Source: Trueperaceae bacterium (lineage in GTDB: Bacteria; Deinococcota; Deinococci; Deinococcales; Trueperaceae). Taken from it: DNA of 64,000 bases. Positions 1 through 9,028 of the stretch are shown piece by piece. The stretch covers positions 448,001 to 512,000 of the forward strand of contig OZ243956.1 of NCBI GenBank assembly GCA_965214405.1, given 5' to 3'. A program made the translations under genes and the position numbers. The notes under the pieces are model-generated. The model worked only from the letters and a program-made list of their open reading frames with translations. It made no database searches and had not been told where the DNA came from. Position 1 is the stretch's first letter. The number at the start of each line of letters is the position of its first letter.

Positions 1-975
1 TTGGACGCGTCCGCGCTCCACCACAACGCCAAACGGATTTTCGCGCCGGAAACGCTCCATGAGCGGCTGGCCTTTTTCCTCGGCTACTTGTGGGGAGACG
101 GCTTCGTGAGCGGCCACCGCGTCGGCTTCGCGGTGGCGCACGGCTCGCCGATGATGGAAGAGACGCCGAAGCTATTTGCGGAGCTTTTCGGCTTATCGGT
201 GAGTTTAGAGCAGAAAGAGAATGACAAGAGTGCCATCTTCGTCACCAGCAGCGCGGCGCTCGTGACTTGGCTCGAGCAAAACGGCCTCAGCAAAGGCAAA
301 GCGCGGGAGCTCGAGCTGCCCCGCGCCATCCGCCAAGCGCCGAGGCCGGTGGTGGGGGCGTTTCTAAAGGGCTTATTTGAGGCGGACGGCTCCGTCGCCG
401 TGGGTTACCCGACGCTCTCCAGCGCGTCAAAAACCCTACTCCAAGATGTCGCCGTCATGCTGGCAGGCTTGGGCGTCCCCACCACGATGCGGGGCGTGGC
501 GGCGCGCACCGACCGATACTCCCAAAGACCCATGTACCATCTCAAAGTTGTGAGCGCCAAAGGTCACGAACGCTTTTTGGAACGCGTCGGCTTCATGGCG
601 GGCTCGCGTTTTGAGGCCCTACGTAGCTTTACGCCGGATGAGGCTCGAGAGTCGTCTTGGCCTCTTCCCCATGCAGGCGCGTTACTTCAGGCCACCTTTG
701 ACACATCGCCCGCAGGGGTAAAAGGGCGCCCCTCGGTCTACACGCCAGCGCGTAAAAATCTGTCGCGCTATATCCGCGGCGAGCGGCAGCTCACCGCTAC
801 CGGCTTTGAACGGCTGAGGCAGGACGTGCTTGTCGGGGACAAATTTCCGGAGTTTGCTTTTGACGAGTTTTACGTGCCGGTTAGGGCCGTTGAAGACGGT
901 GGACGCATCTTGACGCTGGACTTGTCGGTTGACGAAAACAAAACCTACCTCGCCAACGGCGTCGTCAGCCACAAT
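1..975 (+). mobile_element. Intein 1 in nrdJ (C-terminal part) with LAGLIDADG homing endonuclease
   Basis: FLGYLWGDG and FLKGLFEADG blocks; ends LDLSVDENKTYLANGVVSHN followed by Thr of TRRGAGM. Confidence 0.9.
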
Positions 976-3864
976 ACAAGGCGTGGCGCTGGGATGGCGA
1001 CGATGTCGGTGACGAATCCCGACGTCGAAGATTTCATCACCTGCAAAGATTTGGCGCGCGAAAAAGAAGAGGGCGACATCTCGACCTTTAACATCTCCGT
1101 GCTCGTGACCGACGCGTTTATGGAGGAGAGCAAGCGAGGGGGCGAGGGCGTGCTGCAAAGTATCGCCGACCACGCCTGGCAGACGGGCGAGCCGGGACTT
1201 ATTTTTATCGACCGCATCAACCAGCACAACCCGATGCGGGGGGCGATGGGGGAGATTAGGGCGACCAATCCGTGCGTCACGGGAGACACCTGGGTTCACA
1301 CGCAGCTCGGTCCACGCCGGGTGAAAGAGCTTGTCGGCAGACGCTTTTGCGCCGTGGTTGACGGTAAAACCTACGGGGTAGAGAGCGACGGGTTCTGGTC
1401 CACGGGCGTCAAAGACGTGTTCAAGCTGCGGACCAAACGTGGGTTTGAGTTGCGCCTTACGGGGAACCATAAACTCAGCAAGGTGGTGCGGGCACGCGGG
1501 GGGCAGGAAACGGTTTGGACGGCGCTCGAACACCTCACCGTCGGGGACCGCGTTGCCCTGCAAAACCACCGCGAGGTGAAGCCGTGGAGCGGCAGGGGCA
1601 ACGTCATCGAGGGCTGGCTGCTGGGTTCTTTGGTCGGGGACGGCACGTTTGCTATGGACAAAGCCGAGCCGATGGCGTGCTTGGACTATTGGGGCGCGAC
1701 CCGTCAGGCACTGGCCGAACTGGCCCGTGACGGCATTGACAGGGTATGCGAACCCGGAAAGCTATGGGTCACCGACCTTAGCAGTAGAAACAAGATTCGC
1801 CTCGCCTCCTCAGGGCTTGCCAGACTCGCCGCGTCTTACGGCGTCGTCCACGGTCATAAAACGCTCACGGACGAAGTGGAGCGCTCGAGCTTCGATTTCT
1901 ACCGGGGCTTTTTAAGAGGACTCTTCGACGCAGACGGTTCACCCCAGGGGAGGCAGGCGAACGGCGTTTCAGTGCGTTTGGCGCAGTCGGACCTGCCCCT
2001 ACTCAAGGGTGTGCAGCGGATGCTAGCGCGCTTGGGTATCCTCTCCACAGTCTATGCGGAGCGCCGTCCCGCGGGCTACCGCGAATTACCCGACGGTCAG
2101 GGCGGGTCACGGGCTTATTTGTGCCGTGCGGATCACGAACTCGTCATCGCCAACGATAATCTTGCGGCCTTTCAAACCCTCGTCGGCTTTGAGGACGGCG
2201 CGAAGCGTGAGCGGTTGGAGGCACAGCTAAACGCTTATCAGCGCCCCCTAAATAAGGAGCGTTTTACGGACGAAATTGTCGAGATTGTACGGGACGGTGC
2301 GGAAGAAGTCTTTGACGTGACGGTAGAACATGTTCACGCTTTTGATGCAAATGGTATCTCAGCTCACAATTGCGGCGAAATTCCATTGTTTCCCGGCGAA
2401 CCCTGCGACTTAGGCGCTATCAACTTGGCCGCTTACGTAGGCACACCCAACAAGGGTGTAGACGGCTTCGACTGGCCCACCTTTCGCGCCGACGTGGCGA
2501 CCTGCATCAGGTTCTTGGACAACGTCTTGGAGGTTAACAAGTTCGCCTTGGAGGACAACCGCACCATGAGCATGAGGCTGCGCCGCTTAGGTCTCGGGGT
2601 GATGGGCCTGGCCGACGCGCTCGTCACGATGGGCTTGGCTTACGACTCCCCCGAAGGCCGCGAGGCGGTCGCGGCGATGATTGGCGAGCTGAGAGAGAGT
2701 GCGACCACCTCGAGCCGGACCCTAGCCGACGAGCGGGGCGCGTTTCCCGACTTTGCTAAGAGCGGCTTGGAACACCCGCGCCGCAACGTGGCCCTGTTGA
2801 CGGTGGCCCCCACAGGCACCACGAGCATGTTGATGGGGGTCTCGAGCGGCGTCGAGCCCATCTTCGCCCCCTTCGTCTACCGCAAAATCGGCGACTCGTA
2901 CGCCGCGCTCATCGCGCCCTTGTTCAAGGAGATGCTGGAGCGTCATGAGCCTCACCCCGACTGGCGCAAGGACGGCACCTGGGACTGGGACCGCGTGGTC
3001 GAGGCGGTCGGCGCGGCGCACGGCAGCGTGCAGAGCTTAGACTTTATCCCGGACGACATCAAGGCGGTGTTGCGGTGCGCCCACGACATCGCCCCGGAAG
3101 ACCACGTGGCGATGCAGGGCACCGTCCAGCGCACCTTTGACGAGGGCGGCGAGGGCGTCGCCAACTCGATTTCCAAAACCATCAACATGCCCAAAAACGC
3201 GACGGTTCGTGACGTATATGACGCCTACAGCCAAGCCTTTGACGAGAGCTGTAAGGGCATCACCGTCTACCGCGACGGTTCGCGCGACTTCCAGGTTTTG
3301 AGCACAAGCAAAGCGGCGGCAAGCAAAGACGCCAAAGACACCAAAAAAGCGACTCCGGCAGCCCAAACGTCCGTCCAGAAGCCCCTCCCCTCACCCGACG
3401 CGCGCCTTCCCGGCGAGCCGCTGTTCGACCGCCCAGGCCGTCTTACGGGTTTTACCGACAACGTCAAGCTGACCTTGCCTAACGGCGACCGCCGGAGCTT
3501 CTACATCACCGTCAACAAACAAGACGAGCTGCCCACCGAGGTCTTTATCAACGCGGGCAAGGCGGGCGACGAGTCCAACGCCGACTCCGAGGCGCTGGGC
3601 CGGGTGGTTTCTATTGCGTTGCAGTACGGCGTGCCCGCCGAGGCGGTCGTCAAGACGTTGCGCGGCATCAACGGCGGCATGTACGGCTCGTATCAGGGCC
3701 GCATGGTCGCTTCCAAGGCTGATTTGATTGCGGTGGCGCTCGAGACCGCCGGGGTCGAAAACGTCCTCAACAAGGGCGTAAGTTGCCCCGACTGCGGGGG
3801 TCCGCTACGCTTTGAGGAGGGTTGTCAAAAGTGTGGGAACTGCGGCTACAGCAAGTGCGGATAA
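1..3864 (+). CDS. nrdJ: Class II (adenosylcobalamin-dependent) ribonucleotide reductase, 5' end outside window, two inteins, C-terminal TSCPD domain and Zn ribbon
   Basis: TRRGAGMATM, GEPGLIFIDRIN, TNP/CGEIPL, CDLGAINL, RRLGLGVMGLAD, VAPTGTTS, SISKTINMP, KGITVYRDGSR; ends CPDCG...EEGCQKCGNCGYSKCG. Confidence 0.95.
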   Translation: MDASALHHNAKRIFAPETLHERLAFFLGYLWGDGFVSGHRVGFAVAHGSPMMEETPKLFAELFGLSVSLEQKENDKSAIFVTSSAALVTWLEQNGLSKGKARELELPRAIRQAPRPVVGAFLKGLFEADGSVAVGYPTLSSASKTLLQDVAVMLAGLGVPTTMRGVAARTDRYSQRPMYHLKVVSAKGHERFLERVGFMAGSRFEALRSFTPDEARESSWPLPHAGALLQATFDTSPAGVKGRPSVYTPARKNLSRYIRGERQLTATGFERLRQDVLVGDKFPEFAFDEFYVPVRAVEDGGRILTLDLSVDENKTYLANGVVSHNTRRGAGMATMSVTNPDVEDFITCKDLAREKEEGDISTFNISVLVTDAFMEESKRGGEGVLQSIADHAWQTGEPGLIFIDRINQHNPMRGAMGEIRATNPCVTGDTWVHTQLGPRRVKELVGRRFCAVVDGKTYGVESDGFWSTGVKDVFKLRTKRGFELRLTGNHKLSKVVRARGGQETVWTALEHLTVGDRVALQNHREVKPWSGRGNVIEGWLLGSLVGDGTFAMDKAEPMACLDYWGATRQALAELARDGIDRVCEPGKLWVTDLSSRNKIRLASSGLARLAASYGVVHGHKTLTDEVERSSFDFYRGFLRGLFDADGSPQGRQANGVSVRLAQSDLPLLKGVQRMLARLGILSTVYAERRPAGYRELPDGQGGSRAYLCRADHELVIANDNLAAFQTLVGFEDGAKRERLEAQLNAYQRPLNKERFTDEIVEIVRDGAEEVFDVTVEHVHAFDANGISAHNCGEIPLFPGEPCDLGAINLAAYVGTPNKGVDGFDWPTFRADVATCIRFLDNVLEVNKFALEDNRTMSMRLRRLGLGVMGLADALVTMGLAYDSPEGREAVAAMIGELRESATTSSRTLADERGAFPDFAKSGLEHPRRNVALLTVAPTGTTSMLMGVSSGVEPIFAPFVYRKIGDSYAALIAPLFKEMLERHEPHPDWRKDGTWDWDRVVEAVGAAHGSVQSLDFIPDDIKAVLRCAHDIAPEDHVAMQGTVQRTFDEGGEGVANSISKTINMPKNATVRDVYDAYSQAFDESCKGITVYRDGSRDFQVLSTSKAAASKDAKDTKKATPAAQTSVQKPLPSPDARLPGEPLFDRPGRLTGFTDNVKLTLPNGDRRSFYITVNKQDELPTEVFINAGKAGDESNADSEALGRVVSIALQYGVPAEAVVKTLRGINGGMYGSYQGRMVASKADLIAVALETAGVENVLNKGVSCPDCGGPLRFEEGCQKCGNCGYSKCG
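1273..2370 (+). mobile_element. Intein 2 in nrdJ (366 aa) with LAGLIDADG homing endonuclease, inserted in TNP|CGE at the thiyl-radical Cys
   Basis: Starts CVTGDT, has TGNH block B, LLGSLVGDG and FLRGLFDADG, ends VFDVTVEHVHAFDANGISAHN|C. Confidence 0.93.
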
Positions 3865-3920
3865 TTTATATGCCTGCCCACACGTGCTCATGAAATGGTA
3901 GAGGGGGCGAGAAGGGCGTA

Positions 3921-3964
3921 AGACCACCCCCCCACAAAAAGGATGGGGTGCTCTTGGTTTTTTG
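3921..3964 (+). terminator. Possible intrinsic terminator after nrdJ
   Basis: Imperfect CACCCC...GGGGTG stem followed by T-rich tract. Confidence 0.4.
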
Positions 3965-4143
3965 TCAGCTTAATACCCAGACCGAGCGTGTTGAGGGGTA
4001 CACGAACTGTTTTGCGGAGCGGTTCAGTTGTGAGCTCGCGGTGGTGAGCTCGAGCTGCGGCCTTACCTACACTACGCAGGAGAAGAATTCTCCGCAACGG
4101 GCGAGGGCGACGGTTGAGGCGATGAGGGATGAGGTTAACTCAG

Positions 4144-5088
4144 CTATTCGTCAGTGACTTTTTCAAAACGTAAATTTCGCCTCATTGGTCTGATTACTTT
4201 CACTACATCATCTCGTATATTCCTTAGTTTAGAACGCATTTCGCCGAGACTCAGGCAGTTGCCATTCTCAAAGAGGTTGATGTATTGATTACAAACCTCA
4301 AGATGTCCTGCCCCATTTGAATAGGTAACCGGATTTTGTGCCCCTGCTGTAAGAAGAGAACATCCTAACTCACCACCAGCGATACTGAGTGATGGTCCAA
4401 AAGTATTGTCTGGTTGAATGGCCTCGGCGGAAAGTGCTCCGATATATGGCTCGCGTACTGAGAAACAGTAAGTAAATAAGCCGTGTCCAAGTCCTGATTC
4501 TTCCCAAGCAAATTCATCGTCCATACAGGATGCAAACACCTGGAACGGTACGAGTAACCTGCTATACTTGTTGAAACAAGAATCGAGAAGTTCGGTGATA
4601 AATGCGCCGGAGTGGCATGAGTCGAGTATGGTTGAAAGGCGTAATCGACCAGGAGGTGATACCTTCTCTGCAATCTGCGTAAGTACGTTTAGAAGATCGC
4701 TTGGAGTAACTACACCATCCTCGAGGACTAATGCACCATCATCCTGCTGCCCATGACCTGCAAAACAGAGTTGAAAACCTCCTCCGTCCCAGTCAGGGTG
4801 GTTGCGAAAACTTGCTAACCAAACTTCAATTTCAAATAATGCCTGGAAGAACTGTTCACGCGTTGGATTGCGTAGCCGCTTGTGAATTTCCTCCTTCCCC
4901 GAGTCAAAATTAGGTTCTTCAAAGTGATGTTCAAGAAAATTCACATCTGCTGTAGTGTACTTAAGATCAGCAGCCATCCGCGGCCTGAAGAGTTGTCTAT
5001 TCTGTTCATAGACAGGAGAAAACTCTGGCCCACTTGCAGATACTGAGAGGTATGCCATCCACTCTCGACGTTTGAGCCCAACAGGCAC
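4144..5088 (-). CDS. Caspase/metacaspase-like (peptidase C14 fold) protein
   Basis: FAGHG and ILDSCHSGAF His-Cys dyad motifs, FASC...FAWE and HGLFTY; AGGAGG RBS before GTG; visibly lower GC than flanks. Confidence 0.75.
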   Translation of the reverse strand: MPVGLKRREWMAYLSVSASGPEFSPVYEQNRQLFRPRMAADLKYTTADVNFLEHHFEEPNFDSGKEEIHKRLRNPTREQFFQALFEIEVWLASFRNHPDWDGGGFQLCFAGHGQQDDGALVLEDGVVTPSDLLNVLTQIAEKVSPPGRLRLSTILDSCHSGAFITELLDSCFNKYSRLLVPFQVFASCMDDEFAWEESGLGHGLFTYCFSVREPYIGALSAEAIQPDNTFGPSLSIAGGELGCSLLTAGAQNPVTYSNGAGHLEVCNQYINLFENGNCLSLGEMRSKLRNIRDDVVKVIRPMRRNLRFEKVTDE

Positions 5089-5169
5089 CTTGGCGATCCT
5101 CCTAAATCGTACTCAATCAGCTCGAGCCCCACTCACAAAACTCTGTAGCAAAGCTCGAGCTTCACAAGC

Positions 5170-6219
5170 CTACAGCGCGTACGACGCCCTAAGGTCCAAC
5201 GTATCAAAACGGTAGTCAATCGTGATGGGCTCGGTGAGTTCTAGGGTAGCCTCACCCGTCACGCGCACGCCCACGCGGACCATACGCGTCTCCAAAATCT
5301 CCTCCTGAACACCGGTAAGCGCGGCGCGCCCCGTCAGCGTCACCTCGTCTTGGCTCAGGTCGAGCGTCTGGGGCTCGCCAAAGGCGAACTGCGGCGATCC
5401 TAGGGGTTCGTCGCCGGGCGGGGCTATGTAAATTTGGGCGGTGAGGGTGCCGCTTGCACCAGCGTCATGGGAGAGGGTCACGTCGTAAATGAGGCTCAAG
5501 CCCACCACGTCACCCGGACCCGGCACCTCTTGGTCGCTAAAGTCGAAACGTTCGCCGTCGGCGTCGGGCAGGAGTTCATCGAGCCCGGCGCTCACGCTTT
5601 CAACGTCCAGCGTAAGAGTCTGAAACGCGTACGAGAGGGACACTTCACCCGCGGTCACGACGCCCAGATTTCCCGAAAGCTTTAACGCCAGACGGACTTT
5701 TTTCTCATTGACAGCTTCTAGCTGCGCCTCGTTGAGCGGGACGTTGGCCTCGAGCACCGCCCCCTCACCCAACGTAAACGTCTGCGCGGGTCCCAGCGCG
5801 TAGGCCGGTTGAACGGCGTTTCCGCCGTCTACGGGTGCCAGGTAAGGCTGAACCGCCAAGGTACCCGTAAGGTTGCGGCTTTGCAGCGCTATTGCGTAGC
5901 TTAGCGTGGCCCCCTCGAGCGTCGCGGGCAGCGTTTCATTACTGAAGTCGAGGAGCACCCCCGACGCGCTTGGAAAGGTGAGCGACACGGGCAGCGTTAC
6001 CCCGCCGATGGGAGACACCTCTCGGTAGTTGCCCGTGATGGCGCTTCCCAACAGCGGCAGGAGGTTGACGGTTGTGTCGGGCGTCTCGAGCGCAAAAGAC
6101 CCCGAGGTTTGGGGCAGCACCTCGAGCAGATCGACGTTAAAGCGGAGCGGCGCAAAGCTGCACGCCGCGAGACCCAGGGTGAGCCCCACGAAGAGCCACG
6201 GTCGCGTAAGTTTTTTCAT
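5170..6219 (-). CDS. Lipoprotein of unknown function with two internally duplicated beta-rich domains
   Basis: MKKLTRPWLFVGLTLGLAAC lipobox; repeats GTLAVQPYLAP...YALGPAQTFTL vs GTLTAQIYIAP...FAFGEPQTLDL; start reassigned to ATG 6219 after GGGGG RBS. Confidence 0.75.
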   Translation of the reverse strand: MKKLTRPWLFVGLTLGLAACSFAPLRFNVDLLEVLPQTSGSFALETPDTTVNLLPLLGSAITGNYREVSPIGGVTLPVSLTFPSASGVLLDFSNETLPATLEGATLSYAIALQSRNLTGTLAVQPYLAPVDGGNAVQPAYALGPAQTFTLGEGAVLEANVPLNEAQLEAVNEKKVRLALKLSGNLGVVTAGEVSLSYAFQTLTLDVESVSAGLDELLPDADGERFDFSDQEVPGPGDVVGLSLIYDVTLSHDAGASGTLTAQIYIAPPGDEPLGSPQFAFGEPQTLDLSQDEVTLTGRAALTGVQEEILETRMVRVGVRVTGEATLELTEPITIDYRFDTLDLRASYAL

Positions 6220-6357
6220 GACATCCCCCTTGGATGAAGTGACGGCGGTGACGACGGGTGTTTCTGTCAGATGTAAAGAATCATACACATGCGGGGACGT
6301 TTAGGATGTCGCTCGTCATTTCTTGAGGGGTTGTCGGTAGGTTGTTAGAGCCGCAGG

Positions 6358-7272
6358 TCAAGGCCCCAGCACAAGGTTGATGATTTGCCGCGGTCCCATG
6401 TTGGTGCGAAGCTGGGGGATAATACGCAAAAGCGCGGGCGCGCCGATAGACGGGCCGACGAAAAGCACCGCGTACTGACGAACGCCCGCCAAGTCGGGCG
6501 CGGTAAAGTCGAAGTAGGCAGTTTCTTCTCCCTCGGGCACGTAAAAGAGGTCTTGAGGCGAGGGCGGGTCGGTCCGCACGATCACCATTTGCGCGGCGTT
6601 ATTGGCTAAAAATAACTTTTCCGCGGTGGCGACGGGGGCGTAGACGAAGCGGGTGATGGGCGTGGCGCAGGTTTCCAGGCCCCCAAGCACGCTCTCCACG
6701 CCACCCTCCAGAGACACTGAGGCGGGCGGGCGCATGACGATCATCCGCGGGTAGGGCGACACCTTGCGCGCCACCGCCCAGAAGATCACGGCGTCGGGAT
6801 TGGCGGAGTCGCGTGGGTCGGACGCCACGAGCGCGACAGGCTCGAGCCTCGGCGCAATCTCATCTATAAGTCCGCTCAGCGTCTCCGCAAGGTCTCGGTT
6901 AGTGAGTTCAGCCGCCACGAGCGGCGGGGTTTGGTCATACCAACCCGCAAGACGGGAAAGCATCTGCACCCACACGCCCGCCTCTAAGGTGTCCGGTTGC
7001 CAGTTGGGGGGCAACAGGCCCCGCTCGGCGAGAAAGCGTATGGTCTCATAGTCGGGGTCGTCAAAGGACAGCAACTCGCTCGGCGCTTCGAAGAGGGGGG
7101 GGAGGGCGGGCTCGAGTTCATTCACCGCCCTCTGGAGCAGCCGCGCCGCGTCCCGCCCGCTCGCCCTTTCGCCCGGCGCGCTGAGCACCGCCTGCAACTC
7201 GGGCAGACAGCGCTGCGCGAGTGAGAAACTCGTTACCAGCAAGAGACAAAGAATGGTCAAGCGTCGCGTCAT
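6358..7272 (-). CDS. Secreted hypothetical protein
   Basis: Signal peptide MTRRLTILCLLLVTSFSLAQ; TAAACT 6 nt upstream of ATG 7272 (leaderless-type start). Confidence 0.7.
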   Translation of the reverse strand: MTRRLTILCLLLVTSFSLAQRCLPELQAVLSAPGERASGRDAARLLQRAVNELEPALPPLFEAPSELLSFDDPDYETIRFLAERGLLPPNWQPDTLEAGVWVQMLSRLAGWYDQTPPLVAAELTNRDLAETLSGLIDEIAPRLEPVALVASDPRDSANPDAVIFWAVARKVSPYPRMIVMRPPASVSLEGGVESVLGGLETCATPITRFVYAPVATAEKLFLANNAAQMVIVRTDPPSPQDLFYVPEGEETAYFDFTAPDLAGVRQYAVLFVGPSIGAPALLRIIPQLRTNMGPRQIINLVLGP

Positions 7273-7354
7273 GTTCAAAGTTTAGTACGAAGTTCTTGAG
7301 TTACGGTGAGGGAAAGTTCAGGTTGGTTCATAAAAAAGCGGCCCGTAGGCCGCT
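7259..7354 (-). repeat. Copy 1 of a ~95 bp terminator + promoter + start-codon module
   Basis: Aligns with 7935..8027; identical GCGGCCCGTAGGCCGC hairpin, CTCACCG, TAAACT, ATG.CG/ATGCGACGCTT. Confidence 0.8.
7332..7353 (-). terminator. Intrinsic terminator of 7380..7844
   Basis: GCGGCC-TACG-GGCCGC followed by T6 on minus strand. Confidence 0.85.
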
Positions 7355-7379
7355 GAACACACAATGTGGCAAATAGGAT

Positions 7380-7844
7380 TTAATTACAGTTGTTTTGAAC
7401 AGAAAGGTTTGGAGACCTTAACAGTGTGGTAGTTCCATTGGCTCCTCGCACCTCAACTCTAATACGAGTGGTGCCTGACACATTAATAGCTTCTGGAGAA
7501 ATCGCAGTAGGCGCAGGATTGTTCGGAGTCACAGTGAACGTATAACTTACGCGTCCGTCCGCACCGATGCTAACACCGGGGCTCGAGGGCGTGAGGTCAC
7601 GGACATATTTCTCTTCATTGCCGCTCTCGCTACCACTCACAAGTGATGAAGTCCAGCTTTCTAGGGTGCCCACATAGCCAAAGCTATAGGTGATTTGAGT
7701 GTTTCTATCGTTGCAGATGAAATACTGGTTGGTGTCTGCATCAAAAAACTCCGTAGTGTAGTCGGGGTCTTGTACCCCCTCGAGCGCCGAACAGGCGCTC
7801 AGCGTGACGGCGAGAACTAACCCCAACAGGTAAAAACGTTTCAT
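7380..7844 (-). CDS. Lipoprotein of unknown function
   Basis: MKRFYLLGLVLAVTLSAC lipobox; GGGAGG RBS. Confidence 0.8.
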   Translation of the reverse strand: MKRFYLLGLVLAVTLSACSALEGVQDPDYTTEFFDADTNQYFICNDRNTQITYSFGYVGTLESWTSSLVSGSESGNEEKYVRDLTPSSPGVSIGADGRVSYTFTVTPNNPAPTAISPEAINVSGTTRIRVEVRGANGTTTLLRSPNLSVQNNCN

Positions 7845-7934
7845 GCTTTCCTCCCTTTCTCCCCCCTCAACTTAACCGCTGCTGGACCCGTTCGGAGGTG
7901 AATTTCGCACATACCCGCGCGGCCTTTAACAGCG

Positions 7935-8027
7935 AAGCGTCGCATCATGTTTGAAGTTTAGTCCAAAATTTGCAGGTTGCGGTGAGGAAAAGTTTAGTCC
8001 ACATGAAAAAGCGGCCCGTAGGCCGCT
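7935..8027 (-). repeat. Copy 2 of the terminator + promoter + start-codon module (contains terminator of 8046..8927 at 8006..8026)
   Basis: Direct alignment with 7259..7354. Confidence 0.8.
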
Positions 8028-8045
8028 CCAAAGTGGTAGCAAACC

Positions 8046-8927
8046 CTAAAACGTTATCGTATATTTCGAACTGTCAGAAGGTCCAGCGGTGGCGTTTTGC
8101 GACGTGACCCGCGCGTAAACGAGCCTGCTACCAAACACCTCGGTGCTGGCGGTTTGGCTGTTCGGGCTTACGAAGAGAACGTCGAGAAGCGCGTTCGTAT
8201 TTGCGTCGAAGATTCTCGCCTGGATGTTGATGTTGACGTTGTTGGGCGTGGTCGACAGGGTAACCTGCGTCGTCTCAACGTCGCTCCTAAAACAGTCGAC
8301 ATCGCTTAGCGTCTCGAGCGCGCCCACATAACCCTGCGGGTCCGGCGTCACGATGATGGCGCTCGCGCTCAAACTCCCGCAGTCGTTGTTGGCGGGTTCG
8401 GTGGAGTCGGCGTAGGCTTTGTCGTAGGCGTACAGGTTAAAGGTGACGGGGGTGGGGCTCGAGGTGCTCACCCTGACGTAAAAGGTGGCCTCGGTGTTGT
8501 CGGTAATTACGCAAGGCCCCAAGCAAACGGCGTTGACGGCGATGGCCTGCGGCAGCGCGTCCGAGGCGGCCCCGGCAGTGGTCCCGGCAATGGAGGGCGA
8601 CAGGGGAGAAAACCAGGCCTTGTCGTTGCTCGTCGCCAGGGCTGTTTTGTCATTCCCGTAGACCGTGACGGTGAGCGTGTCGTCACCCTCGGCGGTCGCT
8701 TCAACGTAAAGGAGCGGGTCCGAGAGCGCGTCAGGAACGTTGACCTGGTAGTAGACGGGGGCGTTCGCGGTGACCGTGTCGCTAGCCAAGGACGGCGGCT
8801 GGTCGCCCTCAGCCGAGGCGGTGACGACGGAAGCGCCCAAAAAAGGGTCGGGCGTGACGGTCACCTCACAGGCGCTTATCAGGACCGCAGCCGAAAGAAG
8901 CGTCAAAAGGGAAAGATACTTCATCAC
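8046..8927 (-). CDS. Lipoprotein of unknown function
   Basis: MKYLSLLTLLSAAVLISAC lipobox; AGGAGG RBS; Thr/Ser/Asn-rich beta-type sequence. Confidence 0.8.
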   Translation of the reverse strand: MMKYLSLLTLLSAAVLISACEVTVTPDPFLGASVVTASAEGDQPPSLASDTVTANAPVYYQVNVPDALSDPLLYVEATAEGDDTLTVTVYGNDKTALATSNDKAWFSPLSPSIAGTTAGAASDALPQAIAVNAVCLGPCVITDNTEATFYVRVSTSSPTPVTFNLYAYDKAYADSTEPANNDCGSLSASAIIVTPDPQGYVGALETLSDVDCFRSDVETTQVTLSTTPNNVNINIQARIFDANTNALLDVLFVSPNSQTASTEVFGSRLVYARVTSQNATAGPSDSSKYTITF

Positions 8928-9028
8928 TCAAACCTCCTAAAATTGCCAAACTCGCGCTCAGTTTAACGTGAGCGCGAGCGCCGTGTGTGAGTTCGCTCAC
9001 AGGCGGTAACGACCTGACGGCTTGCTTG

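Noticed and set aside
3888..4157. 69 aa ORFs on both strands after nrdJ
   Set aside because: No recognisable motifs or RBS and they overlap a terminator-like stem; may be a decayed fragment
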